IMG/VR virus record: IMGVR_UViG_3300045988_137804
Coordinates: 1 to 64,000 of that record
Length of the DNA: 64,000 nt
Direction: 5' to 3' (one strand)
Origin: a virus
Position 1 is the stretch's first letter. Every line of letters begins with the position of its first letter. Below the pieces are notes generated by a model. That model saw nothing but the letters and a program-made list of their open reading frames with translations. It was not told where the DNA came from and did no database searches. This document shows positions 8,170 through 17,718 of the stretch, piece by piece. A program made the translations under genes and the position numbers.

Positions 8170-8592
8170 ATGAGATTTTCTGAAGCAATCGAACATCTTC
8201 TTAACGGAGAACGCATAAAGGAAGCGTGTTGGGAAAATGGTTATTACATCAAGCTGGAAAACGACAAAATTGTGGATTGTGATGGATCAGCAGAAGTGTT
8301 CGATAGTAAAGACATTATATCTAACGATTGGGAGCTATATCAGCCTAAATTAGATGTAGGTGCGGTTATTCAATACAATGACGGTACAATCGGAATTGTG
8401 CTTAGTTTATCTGAACTAGATAAGGAATACATCATTTTAGATGAGAATTGGTGCGTAGAAACAGTGAATGAAAGCCAGGTTTCATTAATCAATATTGACT
8501 ATGGAAAAGTTAGTTTGCATGAAGATTCTGCGAGTAAAAATCTCAAAAGTATAGTTTTATCATTACAGATGATTTCAGAGTTAGTAAATTAA
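8170..8592 (+). CDS. DUF2829-like protein, a possible Tad2-type anti-Thoeris sponge homolog (tentative)
   Basis: N-terminus MRFSEAIEHLLNGERIKEACWENGYYI resembles the F-EAl--Lk-Gk-v-R-gW opening of DUF2829. Called from memory of that family only. Confidence 0.3.
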   Translation: MRFSEAIEHLLNGERIKEACWENGYYIKLENDKIVDCDGSAEVFDSKDIISNDWELYQPKLDVGAVIQYNDGTIGIVLSLSELDKEYIILDENWCVETVNESQVSLINIDYGKVSLHEDSASKNLKSIVLSLQMISELVN

Positions 8593-8666
8593 TGATTTTA
8601 TCCACTACGAAGTGGAGAATAAATAAGTATAAAGTTTAAGTTTCAAAGATTAAAGGAGAAAACATT

Positions 8667-9311
8667 ATGAGTACAATTGAGAAAATGAGTGTTCACAAAG
8701 CATTAGCAGAGTTAAAGATTATTGATTCCAGAATTGAGAGATCAATTGATGATGCACAGTTCTGTGTAGCAAACAAACATTCTAATGAAAAGATTAATGG
8801 TATTCCGGTTGAGGACGCTAAGAAGTTAATGGTTGGAAGTTACGACAAAGCATCAGATCTTATTAAGAGAAGAAATGCAATCAAGAGAGCAGTTGTGCTT
8901 TCTAATGCTAAGACAATTGTTACGATTGCAGACAGAGAATATACTGTTGCAGAAGCAATTGAGATGAAAAATCATGGCATTGAGTTTGAGGAATTTCTTT
9001 TAAATGAAATGAGATGTCAATACGCAGATGCTAATAGAACTATCTCAGCAGAGAATGGCGAAAAACTGAGTGAAAGAGCAGATAAATTTGTCATTGACAT
9101 GTATGGATCAAAAGAGGGTAAAACAAATACTGCTGATTTTGAGAAAGCAAAGAAAGATTTTATCACAGCAAATTCTTATGACTTGGTTGATCCACTTGAT
9201 ATCAAGAAGAAGATTGATGAATTGGAAGAATATATCTCAAACTTCAAGACAGAAGTAGATGCTGCATTAAGTGTTAGCAATGCTATTACAGAAACTACTG
9301 TAGAGTATTAG
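8667..9311 (+). CDS. hypothetical protein
   Basis: ORF with an AAAGGAGAA ribosome-binding site. Confidence 0.5.
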   Translation: MSTIEKMSVHKALAELKIIDSRIERSIDDAQFCVANKHSNEKINGIPVEDAKKLMVGSYDKASDLIKRRNAIKRAVVLSNAKTIVTIADREYTVAEAIEMKNHGIEFEEFLLNEMRCQYADANRTISAENGEKLSERADKFVIDMYGSKEGKTNTADFEKAKKDFITANSYDLVDPLDIKKKIDELEEYISNFKTEVDAALSVSNAITETTVEY

Positions 9312-9504
9312 AGAATATATAAATAGGAAATTATTTCACTGTTTGCTGAAAACTTAGAACTACAATCATTCAGACTTTTGCAAGTATAGCCTGAATCAAA
9401 ATAATAAAGAAGCTTGCAACATAATAAAACATAAAAAGCAAGTATAGCAAATTATTACAGGAATGCTTGATGCACAGTGTTGAGCGTTTATAAATTACAA
9501 GATG

Positions 9505-9605
9505 ACTGTAAAGAGTAAAGTTCAAATGTCAAGTAGTAAAGCTCAAAATTCAAAGATTATTTTTTATGTAAAGTTTAAGCAGTAAATAGTAAAGATATAA
9601 AGTTT
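9505..9605. repeat. Iteron-like cluster of about 6 (A/T)GTAAAG repeats and TTCAAA repeats in a non-coding region upstream of the tRNA cluster
   Basis: Seen: tgtaaagagtaaagttcaaatgtcaagtagtaaagctcaaaattcaaag…tgtaaagtttaagcagtaaatagtaaagatataaag. Confidence 0.5.
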
Positions 9606-9744
9606 TATAAAATCTTCGACAAACAGTTTTCAGTATGATTGTACTTGGCTGTAAGTTGTCTGCGAAGCTAGTAAATGGTGAATTAATTAATAAATGTCAA
9701 CCTACATAATAATATGCATAGTTGTCGTGAGGGTTGGCAAATAT

Positions 9745-9833
9745 GGATCATTACATCAACTGGTAAGATGAGCTGCCTCATAAGCAGAAAGCCCTAATAA
9801 GGTATAAACTGGGTTCGACTCCCAGATGATCCA
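9745..9833 (+). tRNA. tRNA-like gene with class-II architecture (about 20-nt variable arm) and anticodon CAU. Identity is atypical or unknown.
   Basis: Hand fold: acceptor ggatcat/atgatcc; D-stem catc/gatg; anticodon stem gctgc/gcaga with loop ctCATaa; T-arm ctggg-ttcgact-cccag; discriminator A. Confidence 0.5.
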
Positions 9834-9969
9834 CTGTATCTGAATATTCACAGAATGTGTTATTCGTTTCCTTTCTTTCTATGAACATTCTAGTTCAGAT
9901 ACAATGTTTTTCATAACTTCCTTTTGTTTGGTTGGCAACTTACCATATAGACAAAAAAGTTGCAATAAT

Positions 9970-10038
9970 GGGCTGTGGTGTAATGGTAGCACATAATACT
10001 TTGACTATTATAGATCCAGTTCAAATCTGGACAGCCTA
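9970..10038 (+). tRNA. tRNA-Gln (anticodon UUG)
   Basis: Hand fold: acceptor gggctgt/acagcct (G1·U72); anticodon stem taata/tatta with loop ctTTGac; T-arm ccag-ttcaaat-ctgg. Confidence 0.7.
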
Positions 10039-10124
10039 GCTTGTGAGATTTTGGAACGTCTCACAAATATTACTCCTTTCATGGGTTATTTATAGTGCAA
10101 AAGATGTGCAGAAATGCACATCGA

Positions 10125-10210
10125 GCTGGCATGGCGGAATTGGTAGACGCAATGGACTTAAAATCCATCGGTAAAAACACACCATACGAGTTCGAGTCTC
10201 GTTGCCAGTA
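10125..10210 (+). tRNA. tRNA-Leu (anticodon UAA), class II
   Basis: D-arm tggcggaattggtagacgc is identical to the bacterial tRNA-Leu consensus. Anticodon stem atgga/tccat with loop ctTAAaa. Long variable arm. T-arm acgag-ttcgagt-ctcgt. Acceptor gctggca/tgccagt. Confidence 0.8.
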
Positions 10211-10367
10211 TTAGCCATATGAGACACTTATTCCCTGAGCAAGAATGATGAAGTCGGTACAAAAGTGCTCAATTTCTGTATTTTACATTCGTGTGTTATG
10301 CAAGCAGCACGAATGACATATGGCATTAACCCCCAACATAGGGTATTTACATTTTACAAAAATGGTT

Positions 10368-10437
10368 TGGCTGTTAGTTCAGTGGGAAGAACATCTATTG
10401 CAAGAGAGGGTCACAGGTTCGAGTCCTGTACAGTCAA
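10368..10437 (+). tRNA. tRNA-like element, probably degenerate. Acceptor, D-arm and T-arm are canonical but no regular anticodon arm can be drawn.
   Basis: Acceptor tggctgt/acagtca; D-arm gttc-agtgggaa-gaac; T-arm acagg-ttcgagt-cctgt. The middle segment contains the self-complementary TTGCAA. Confidence 0.35.
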
Positions 10438-10505
10438 CTTGACGCAGAAAACATTTGATTTTTGCATTCATGTTTTGCACGCCTCATTTCTTCAATGTGC
10501 AAAGT

Positions 10506-10627
10506 AGATTGTTAGTTCATTGGTAGAATATCTTATTGAAAAATAATGTAATCCTGTTCTTTTCGCTTTCTTAACGATGTGATGCATTATTAATAGGAAG
10601 AAACACGTTCGAATCGTGTGCAATCTA
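10506..10627 (+). other. Split or interrupted tRNA-like structure. Acceptor/D-arm at 10506..10530 and T-arm/acceptor at 10603..10627, separated by about 70 nt. A cttatt/aatagg stem encloses a 54-nt insertion.
   Basis: Hand pairing of agattgt with gcaatct. T-arm acacg-ttcgaat-cgtgt. Confidence 0.3.
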
Positions 10628-10714
10628 TCAGTCTTGGTTGACTTACCACTTTCAAACGAGGACTTTAAATTCGGTAGTAAAGTGGAGAATAATAATCATA
10701 GGTGGTGAAAAATT

Positions 10715-11056
10715 ATGAGATGTCCGTATTGTGACAAAGAAATGATTAAGAAGTACAAGATTAAGCACTTCTGTAATTTCGATGATCCGTGTGACTCATG
10801 GGAAAAAGAAATACATATCTGTAAGAAGTGTGGTATCAAGAAAGTAGATGGCAAGTGGAAGATTCCACATAAGTACAGAAGACCATCAACTAATCAGATT
10901 CGCAGATGCAAGACTTTAGCTAAGATACACGACATAGATTTTGAGCCACTTCTTGCCAGACAATGCAAGAGATTCATCACAACAATGCTGAAAAAGTTAT
11001 ATGTTCAGGATCATTATTGTGATGGAGAACTCCATATCATTGGAGAGAATAAATAA
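10715..11056 (+). CDS. Cys-rich zinc-finger protein, hypothetical
   Basis: CPYC...C..C...CKKC motifs. Confidence 0.45.
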   Translation: MRCPYCDKEMIKKYKIKHFCNFDDPCDSWEKEIHICKKCGIKKVDGKWKIPHKYRRPSTNQIRRCKTLAKIHDIDFEPLLARQCKRFITTMLKKLYVQDHYCDGELHIIGENK

Positions 11057-11074
11057 GAAAAGGAGATAAGAAAC

Positions 11075-11314
11075 ATGACAAGAGAAGAAAGAATGCAGAA
11101 AAGAAGAGACGCAGGTAAGGTTTATACTTACAAGAAAAATCCTTACGAGAAAGGAACTAAAGAGTGGGTTAAGGAAGAATGTGCGAGAGCAGAGAAAAGA
11201 AAATCCAAGAAACCACATTACGCTAAGATGACTTCTGTGTTTGCCAAGTTAGATAATGAGCTTGCAAAGGCTGAACTTGCTGCAAAGAAGAAGTCTAAAA
11301 AAGAGGGTAAGTAA
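11075..11314 (+). CDS. Small basic protein, hypothetical
   Basis: Lys/Arg-rich ORF with a GGAGA ribosome-binding site. Confidence 0.4.
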   Translation: MTREERMQKRRDAGKVYTYKKNPYEKGTKEWVKEECARAEKRKSKKPHYAKMTSVFAKLDNELAKAELAAKKKSKKEGK

Positions 11315-11551
11315 ATGAGAGAAACTTTATTTTGGATTACCATTATCGTTGGAATCGGACTTGGTATTTACACTGGTGGTTGGTTGTTATTTATTAAACC
11401 GATTATTGTTGCATGTGCTGCATATGACGCAGGGACACTTACAGGAAGTATGATTGGATGGACAATTATCAAATGTTTGGTGTTTGCACCAATTGTTGCA
11501 AGAGTAATTATAAATGTTACACTTACGATTGCAGGAGATATTTTGGATTAA
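11315..11551 (+). CDS. Small membrane protein
   Basis: Two hydrophobic segments. Confidence 0.4.
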   Translation: MRETLFWITIIVGIGLGIYTGGWLLFIKPIIVACAAYDAGTLTGSMIGWTIIKCLVFAPIVARVIINVTLTIAGDILD

Positions 11552-11572
11552 TTTCAATAGGAGAACAAACCA

Positions 11573-11848
11573 ATGATAGAGATTATCGAAACTAATCTTG
11601 CTATAGATGAGAATAAAGATATTAGAGATCATCAGTCTAGAGTAGTTCTTGCAGATGATTGGGAGTCTTATTGCGAAGCATATGAAAAGTATGACGGATC
11701 AAGAGTGACATTTCCATCAAAGAGTCCTGGTGCTAGTATCTATGAAGACAGTAAAATAGAAGATTTAGAATATGACGAGTATCATTTGCATTGCAGAATT
11801 AATAAAGTATATTTTACAGATACAAGATTGGCATACAAAATCAGTTAA
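11573..11848 (+). CDS. hypothetical protein
   Basis: ORF with a GGAGAA ribosome-binding site. Confidence 0.4.
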   Translation: MIEIIETNLAIDENKDIRDHQSRVVLADDWESYCEAYEKYDGSRVTFPSKSPGASIYEDSKIEDLEYDEYHLHCRINKVYFTDTRLAYKIS

Positions 11849-11943
11849 TCACTTTTGAGCAATTCGCTCACAATTTCAAATCAAAATTGAATAGAGAATA
11901 TAAATTTAGAGGTTGCACAGCGTACCTTTGGTTTCTTGTAAAA

Positions 11944-11972
11944 TTGACACACTATATATAGTGTTTATAAAT
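11944..11972 (+). promoter_or_regulatory. Candidate sigma-A-type promoter (TTGACA, 16-17 bp, TATAAA). The 14-bp perfect palindrome CACTATATATAGTG lies in the spacer, as an operator would.
   Basis: Seen directly. It shares the 16-nt motif ACACACTATATATAGT with 2901..2916. Confidence 0.5.
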
Positions 11973-12133
11973 AATATAAATACAATATATTGACATAAAA
12001 ACACCATAAAATCGCTGTTTCATATAGATTTTTGCATAAATTTATTTTTGTGTTCCGTCCGGTTGGGCGTTTAGATAGATTGTTTTATTAACAATATTTA
12101 CATAAATTTTTTATTTTTAAGGAGGATTTTCTG

Positions 12134-13162
12134 ATGGCAGAAAAGAAAAAAGGTATTGATTTACCACAGACAAAAGGAACATTTCAGGTAAGAGGTAAGG
12201 TTAGTGGTACACAGAAAGATAATTTCTATGTCGAAAAGCTTACAAAAACAAACAAGCCTTGGAGATCAACAAGTTTTGGAATTGAATTCAATCCAGGTTC
12301 TACAATGTATGTTGGTTTAAATGGAATGGAAAGAGATGTTGTCAAGTTTTCAAAAAAAGATAACGAAACAGGTAAATATGTTTCAAAAGATGTTCCTTGG
12401 AAAGACCGTTTTACATTCAATGAGGAAGGTTATGGGCTGATGGGTGTAAAAGTTGGTGTTGAAAAAGTAAAAGACGAAAAAGGCAACGATGTAAACAATA
12501 AGAAAACTCTTGTTGAATTTGATGCTGCAAAAGAGATTTCCGACCATCTCGTTGATGATAAGACAGTATTTGTAAAAGGAAGAATTGAGTATGGAAGTTA
12601 CAATGACAGTCATACAACAAAATTTGTTCCTAGTCAGGTATCACTTGCAAAAGATATTGACTTTGAAGCAGAAGATTTTAATTCACTTGCAGACTTCACA
12701 CAGACAATTGTATTTATGTCAGTCACACCAAACGATGATAAAACAAAAGCGACTGTTGAAGCAAAGATTGTTAATTACGATTCCATTGAAGATGCAGAAT
12801 TTGTAATTACAGATATGGGTCTTGCTCGTGTATTCGCAAAACAGCTTAAGCCATACACAAGTATCAAAGTATGGGGAAATATTTCTGTAGAAAAAGATAC
12901 AACAGAAGTTGAGACAACAGATTGTTGGGGACAGAAAAATAATATGGAGCGTGTAAACACACCTACAGTTCGTGAACTTATTATCACTGGTGCTGATCCG
13001 GAGACAATCGACACAGAAACATACACAGAAGCAGAGATTGACAGAGCAATCGAAACAATCAAGGCATCCAAAGAAGCTGCTAAAGACTTTGGTGGTTCTG
13101 AAAATGGTACATGGGGTTCAGTTCACGCAGGTTCAGAAGATGATGATAATGCAGGTTGGTAA
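12134..13162 (+). CDS. Putative ssDNA-binding protein with an acidic C-terminal tail (tentative)
   Basis: C-terminus ...SEDDDNAGW. It sits immediately upstream of a Sak4-like ATPase. Confidence 0.35.
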   Translation: MAEKKKGIDLPQTKGTFQVRGKVSGTQKDNFYVEKLTKTNKPWRSTSFGIEFNPGSTMYVGLNGMERDVVKFSKKDNETGKYVSKDVPWKDRFTFNEEGYGLMGVKVGVEKVKDEKGNDVNNKKTLVEFDAAKEISDHLVDDKTVFVKGRIEYGSYNDSHTTKFVPSQVSLAKDIDFEAEDFNSLADFTQTIVFMSVTPNDDKTKATVEAKIVNYDSIEDAEFVITDMGLARVFAKQLKPYTSIKVWGNISVEKDTTEVETTDCWGQKNNMERVNTPTVRELIITGADPETIDTETYTEAEIDRAIETIKASKEAAKDFGGSENGTWGSVHAGSEDDDNAGW

Positions 13163-13217
13163 AAACCAATCTGCAACTAACGAAGTGATTATTTTTAAAA
13201 TTTAGGAGGAATTACAC

Positions 13218-14384
13218 ATGGCAACAGGACGTGGTGGAAAGAAAATTAAGACAAGACTTGGATTTTTACTTTATGGAGCATACGGAACATGGAAATCTAG
13301 CTTTTGTCTTGAGTCAATGAAACTTGTAAATGAAGATGGAAGTCCGTTTAAGGTATTGTTTATTGATCCAGAAAACGGTGGTATTGACACATACTTAGAT
13401 AAGTACGAAGAAGAGGGTTATGATCTTCAGAATATTTACATCGTATACACACAGTCACTTTCCGAGGTGAGCGAATTTATTAAGAGGGCAAAAGACGGAG
13501 ATGACTTTTACGAATTTGATGATGACGGAAATGAAACAGATGAAGTATATCTTGATTCTGATGGAAAACCATTTAGACCAGACATGATTGTTGTTGACGG
13601 AGCAACACTTCTTTACACAGCAAAACAGCAGAGTATTATTGAATTCTCAAAGAAGAGAGCAACCGTAAGAGCTAAGAAAAATGAACTTACAGGAATGTCA
13701 AAAGAAGTTGCAATCGAAGGCGCAGGAATGGAGCAGAAAGATTGGGGAACACTGAAGTTTGATGGTCAGAATTTAATTCTTGATCTTCTTGCATCTGGAA
13801 AACACTTTGCTGTTACATCAAGAGAGAAACCAGAAACCGATCAGTTTAAAGACAAGAATGGTGAGTTTAAAACTGTAAGAACTGGTGCATTTGTTCCTGA
13901 TGGATTTAAAGATGTTGGATACAACTGCAAAACTGTAATCCGTATGTTTAAAGACGATGATGGAATTATCAAAGGTCTTATTGACAACAAAGACAGAACT
14001 CTTGTACATCAGCAGAATGAAGTAATTATTGAACCATCCATTCTTGATTGGCAGACAGCAATCACAAAGAATAAAGACAAAAAAGACTTTGTTGTACAGA
14101 ACAACATGAACTCTGCGATCCAGAAAGAACTCAAGGCTGTTGAAAAAGATAATGCTAAGTATGATTCAGAGTTTGAAGAGAAGTCTGAAACAAATGTAGG
14201 TTCAGACCTTAAAACAGTAGAGGATTACTGTGATGCAATCAAAGCTGTTATTACAGCACTTCCTGCAACAGAAAAGAACAAAAAACAGACAGAGATTACA
14301 AAAGCAGGTCTTCCAAAGGCTTATATGAAGTTGACAGACATTGAAGAACTGAAGAAATATTACGATATTGTTTCTGCTAAATAA
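13218..14384 (+). CDS. RecA-fold ATPase, Sak4/AAA_24-like recombination protein
   Basis: Walker A-like LLYGAYGTWKSSF and Walker B MIVVDGATLL. Confidence 0.6.
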   Translation: MATGRGGKKIKTRLGFLLYGAYGTWKSSFCLESMKLVNEDGSPFKVLFIDPENGGIDTYLDKYEEEGYDLQNIYIVYTQSLSEVSEFIKRAKDGDDFYEFDDDGNETDEVYLDSDGKPFRPDMIVVDGATLLYTAKQQSIIEFSKKRATVRAKKNELTGMSKEVAIEGAGMEQKDWGTLKFDGQNLILDLLASGKHFAVTSREKPETDQFKDKNGEFKTVRTGAFVPDGFKDVGYNCKTVIRMFKDDDGIIKGLIDNKDRTLVHQQNEVIIEPSILDWQTAITKNKDKKDFVVQNNMNSAIQKELKAVEKDNAKYDSEFEEKSETNVGSDLKTVEDYCDAIKAVITALPATEKNKKQTEITKAGLPKAYMKLTDIEELKKYYDIVSAK

Positions 14385-14448
14385 ACTAAATTTATAAAAA
14401 CGTTACGCCAGTATATTTTTATATGCTGGTGTAACTATTGGAGAAAAA

Positions 14449-15135
14449 ATGGCTAGAAGTAAAAAATACAAATGCGGATATTGTAAAAATGAAATAAATT
14501 TAGAAAAAGAAGATGAGCAATCATATTTTTTTATAGTAGACGAAAAAAGAAATACTAGAAAATGTTTTCATTGTGATTGTTTTGTAGAACATCAGACTTC
14601 AAAAAAGAAAAAACCATTAACTGTCGATGAATGTATTGAAAAAATTGACCAATATAGAACATTGGAAAAACAGTACGAAGATAAAATCCAAAAAAGTGAA
14701 AATCCAAGAAATCAATTGTTTGAATATGTAATGGACATGTATGATTTAACTTTTGTGCCATCATATTTTTATGTAAGAATGAGCGAAGTTTTTAATGGTA
14801 GTTACAAAGGACTTAGCAAGCCAGTTCCACCGGAAGACTTATTGGACATGTGGCAACAAAAAAGAAATTTTCTTTTACAGAATGCGGAAAAACAAAGAAA
14901 ACGTGACAAGAATATAGATGGTATTTCAAGAGTATGGTATGACATGTCTATTTTGCTTTCCAGATACGATGCGTATTTAGATTGGAAAGAAAAACAAAAA
15001 TTAGCAATGATTGATATAGAAGAAAAGAAGAAAGAAAGCATTGACTTTGTTAAATACAATGACATTGTTAAAAATTCAAATACAAAGAAAGAGAATAATG
15101 CAATAGATATCAATTCAATGCTTGATGAAATTTAA
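14449..15135 (+). CDS. Hypothetical protein with an N-terminal Cys cluster; possible helicase loader by position
   Basis: CGYC...CFHCDC motifs. It lies directly upstream of the DnaB-like gene. Confidence 0.35.
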   Translation: MARSKKYKCGYCKNEINLEKEDEQSYFFIVDEKRNTRKCFHCDCFVEHQTSKKKKPLTVDECIEKIDQYRTLEKQYEDKIQKSENPRNQLFEYVMDMYDLTFVPSYFYVRMSEVFNGSYKGLSKPVPPEDLLDMWQQKRNFLLQNAEKQRKRDKNIDGISRVWYDMSILLSRYDAYLDWKEKQKLAMIDIEEKKKESIDFVKYNDIVKNSNTKKENNAIDINSMLDEI

Positions 15136-15141
15136 AGGCAG

Positions 15142-16671
15142 GTGTTTTCAATGGAGATAATTAGTAACGTAACAAATGAAATATTGCTCGTTGGAAGCAT
15201 ATACAAAAAACCAGATTTGTTTGTAGAACATGGTAATAACATTAGGTCAAAATATGATTTTTATGATGAAGCAACAAAGTTCTTTTATGACAATGCAGAA
15301 ATTTTATATAAGACTCGCAGCCAGGAATTTAACAGAAGTATTGTTAGTACATACATGGCAGAAGAATCTGAGAGATTAAGCCTGTATAAAAAATATGGTG
15401 GATGGAAAACAATTGAAAAATGGATGGAACTTTCAGTACCAGACAATATGGCTGGGTACTATGAAGTCCTTAAAAAGTATTCGTTACTTAGAGAATATCA
15501 AAGAAATGGTTTTGATGTAAGTAAGATTGTTTCTCATCCTAAATTTGAAATGTTATCAGCAATGGATATTTACAGATTGATCCGTTCAAAAACAGATAGA
15601 ATTCATACTGTAATTTTAACGAACGAAGAAGCTGAAATATTAAATAGCAATATTCGTACAACATTATTGCACTGTATGGAAACACCTGACTTGGGACTTC
15701 AAATGCCATTTCCTATTATGAATGATATCACAAGAGGAATGAAAAAGAAGTCTGTAATGGCTGTTGGTATGCTTAGTAATGCAGGTAAAAGTAGACTTAT
15801 GACAAAGTTAATTGCTTATATTACTTTGGTATTAAAAGAAAAAGTCTTTGTTCTTTTAAACGAGATGTCTGTTGAAGAAATAAGATATGCATTAATAACA
15901 ACTGTTATTAACAATCCAGAGTTCCAAGAAATTCACGGATTAAAGATAAAAAAGAAAGAAAAAGAATTCACTCTTGGGTTATACAAAGATAACAAAGGTG
16001 AATTTATTTATCAGAAACGTGACGAATGGGGAGATATTACAGAATCTATTGAAGATTATATAGAGAGAGTCGCTGCAAACTCTGACGAATACATAAAGAT
16101 TATGCAGATTGCAGACTGGATCGAACAAGAGACACAAGGTCTTATTTTTGTAAAAGATGTTGCTTCTGCATATGATGATAAAACACTTGAATTCGAAATA
16201 AGAAAAGCACATCTTACTCTTGGAATAGATTATTTTTTCTATGATACATTCAAAAATGACATTTCCACAACTGGTGATTGGGCAGCAATGAAAGTAACAG
16301 CAACAAGGCTTACAGAAGTTGCGAAGGATCTTAATATGTTTGGCTACTTGTCAATTCAGTTGACGGACGATGCAAACTTTGTAAAACCAGACGAGCTTAC
16401 ATCAAGTAACATTGCAAACTGTAAATCAATCAAACATGTCTTACATACATTGTTTTTATTCAAAGAAATTCCAAAATCAGATTTTCATAAATATGGATAT
16501 ACTACAACAACAGATTGGGGGACTAATACAGTTCATTCGTTAGACGAGACAAAACGATATTATTGTTGTGTTTGTGATAAGAACAGATTTGGCGCAAAGA
16601 AAAAAACATTATTTGAAATAAATTTAGATTACAACATTTGGTTGGAAGTCGGAGAAATTATTAAAAAATAA
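15142..16671 (+). CDS. DnaB-like replicative DNA helicase
   Basis: Walker A GMLSNAGKS, Walker B-like LGIDYFFYDTF, and an H4-like LNMFGYLSIQL. Confidence 0.65.
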   Translation: MFSMEIISNVTNEILLVGSIYKKPDLFVEHGNNIRSKYDFYDEATKFFYDNAEILYKTRSQEFNRSIVSTYMAEESERLSLYKKYGGWKTIEKWMELSVPDNMAGYYEVLKKYSLLREYQRNGFDVSKIVSHPKFEMLSAMDIYRLIRSKTDRIHTVILTNEEAEILNSNIRTTLLHCMETPDLGLQMPFPIMNDITRGMKKKSVMAVGMLSNAGKSRLMTKLIAYITLVLKEKVFVLLNEMSVEEIRYALITTVINNPEFQEIHGLKIKKKEKEFTLGLYKDNKGEFIYQKRDEWGDITESIEDYIERVAANSDEYIKIMQIADWIEQETQGLIFVKDVASAYDDKTLEFEIRKAHLTLGIDYFFYDTFKNDISTTGDWAAMKVTATRLTEVAKDLNMFGYLSIQLTDDANFVKPDELTSSNIANCKSIKHVLHTLFLFKEIPKSDFHKYGYTTTTDWGTNTVHSLDETKRYYCCVCDKNRFGAKKKTLFEINLDYNIWLEVGEIIKK

Positions 16672-16688
16672 AGGAAGTGGTGGTTTAA

Positions 16689-17711
16689 TTGGATATCGAA
16701 TCTCTCAAAGAAAATATACTAGAAAATGATTTAATACCAGTAGTTTTAGAAGAAGTTGGATGTCATCATATCAAACATAGAGATGGGTTTTATCAATGTG
16801 CAAATCCAGATGGTGATAACACAACAGCGGTTTGTGTGTATGAAAATACCAATTTAACCACCATTAATTATACAAGAGATATAACAAACGGAAGAAAAGG
16901 TTCTGATTTAATCTCTTTAGTTGAATTTTATAAGAACGAAACATTTCCACATGCAATCAAATGGATTTGTGATGTTCTTGATATAGATTACTATTCTAAT
17001 CCAGAAGATGAACTTCCAGAAAGTCTTAAATTGACGAAAATGTTGTTAGATTTACAGGAAAATGACAATGTGGAAGAAGAGGAAAAACCATTAAAACCAA
17101 TCTCTGAAAGAATTCTTTCCTATTATAAGCCTTATGTAAATGACATGTTTCTTGAAGATAATGTTGATTACGATACACAGTCAGAATTTGAGATTGGATA
17201 TGATGAAGAAAGTAACAGAATAACAATTCCTATAAGAGATGATTTGGGAAATTTAGTTGGTGTAAAAGCAAGGTATTTTTATAGAGAAGTGCCAGAAGAT
17301 ACTATGAAATTTATCTATCTTGAAAAATGTGCAAGGTCACAAATCTTATACGGTCTGTATAAAACAATCAATTTTATAAAACAGAAAAAAAGAGTATTTG
17401 TTGTAGAAGCAGAAAAGGGTGTTCAGCAATTATGGAATGCTGGATATCAAGAAGCTGTTGCAACTGGTGGAAAAAAGATAACGCAATGTCAAATTAATAA
17501 ACTAACAAGACTTTGTGTTCCGATCATTTTTGTTTTTGACAAGGATGTTGAAAAAGAAGAATTGGATTCTATAGCAAAGCGTTTTATAGACGAAGTTGAG
17601 ATTTATGCATTGATAGATAAAGATGGAATTTTATCTAAGAAAGAATCACCGACAGATAATATAGAAAAATTTGAACAATTATTAAATAAGAATATTTATA
17701 AATTACGATAG
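16689..17711 (+). CDS. DNA primase (zinc-binding N-terminus plus TOPRIM)
   Basis: CHH...C zinc motif. TOPRIM VFVVEAEKGVQQLW...FVFDKDVE. TTG start at 16689 with an AAGGAAGTGG ribosome-binding site. Confidence 0.7.
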   Translation: MDIESLKENILENDLIPVVLEEVGCHHIKHRDGFYQCANPDGDNTTAVCVYENTNLTTINYTRDITNGRKGSDLISLVEFYKNETFPHAIKWICDVLDIDYYSNPEDELPESLKLTKMLLDLQENDNVEEEEKPLKPISERILSYYKPYVNDMFLEDNVDYDTQSEFEIGYDEESNRITIPIRDDLGNLVGVKARYFYREVPEDTMKFIYLEKCARSQILYGLYKTINFIKQKKRVFVVEAEKGVQQLWNAGYQEAVATGGKKITQCQINKLTRLCVPIIFVFDKDVEKEELDSIAKRFIDEVEIYALIDKDGILSKKESPTDNIEKFEQLLNKNIYKLR

Positions 17712-17718
17712 GAGTGAT

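Noticed and set aside
10265-10507. 80-aa ORF overlapping the tRNA cluster
   Set aside because: It spans the tRNA-like element at 10368..10437 and intergenic hairpins, with no ribosome-binding site. Spurious.
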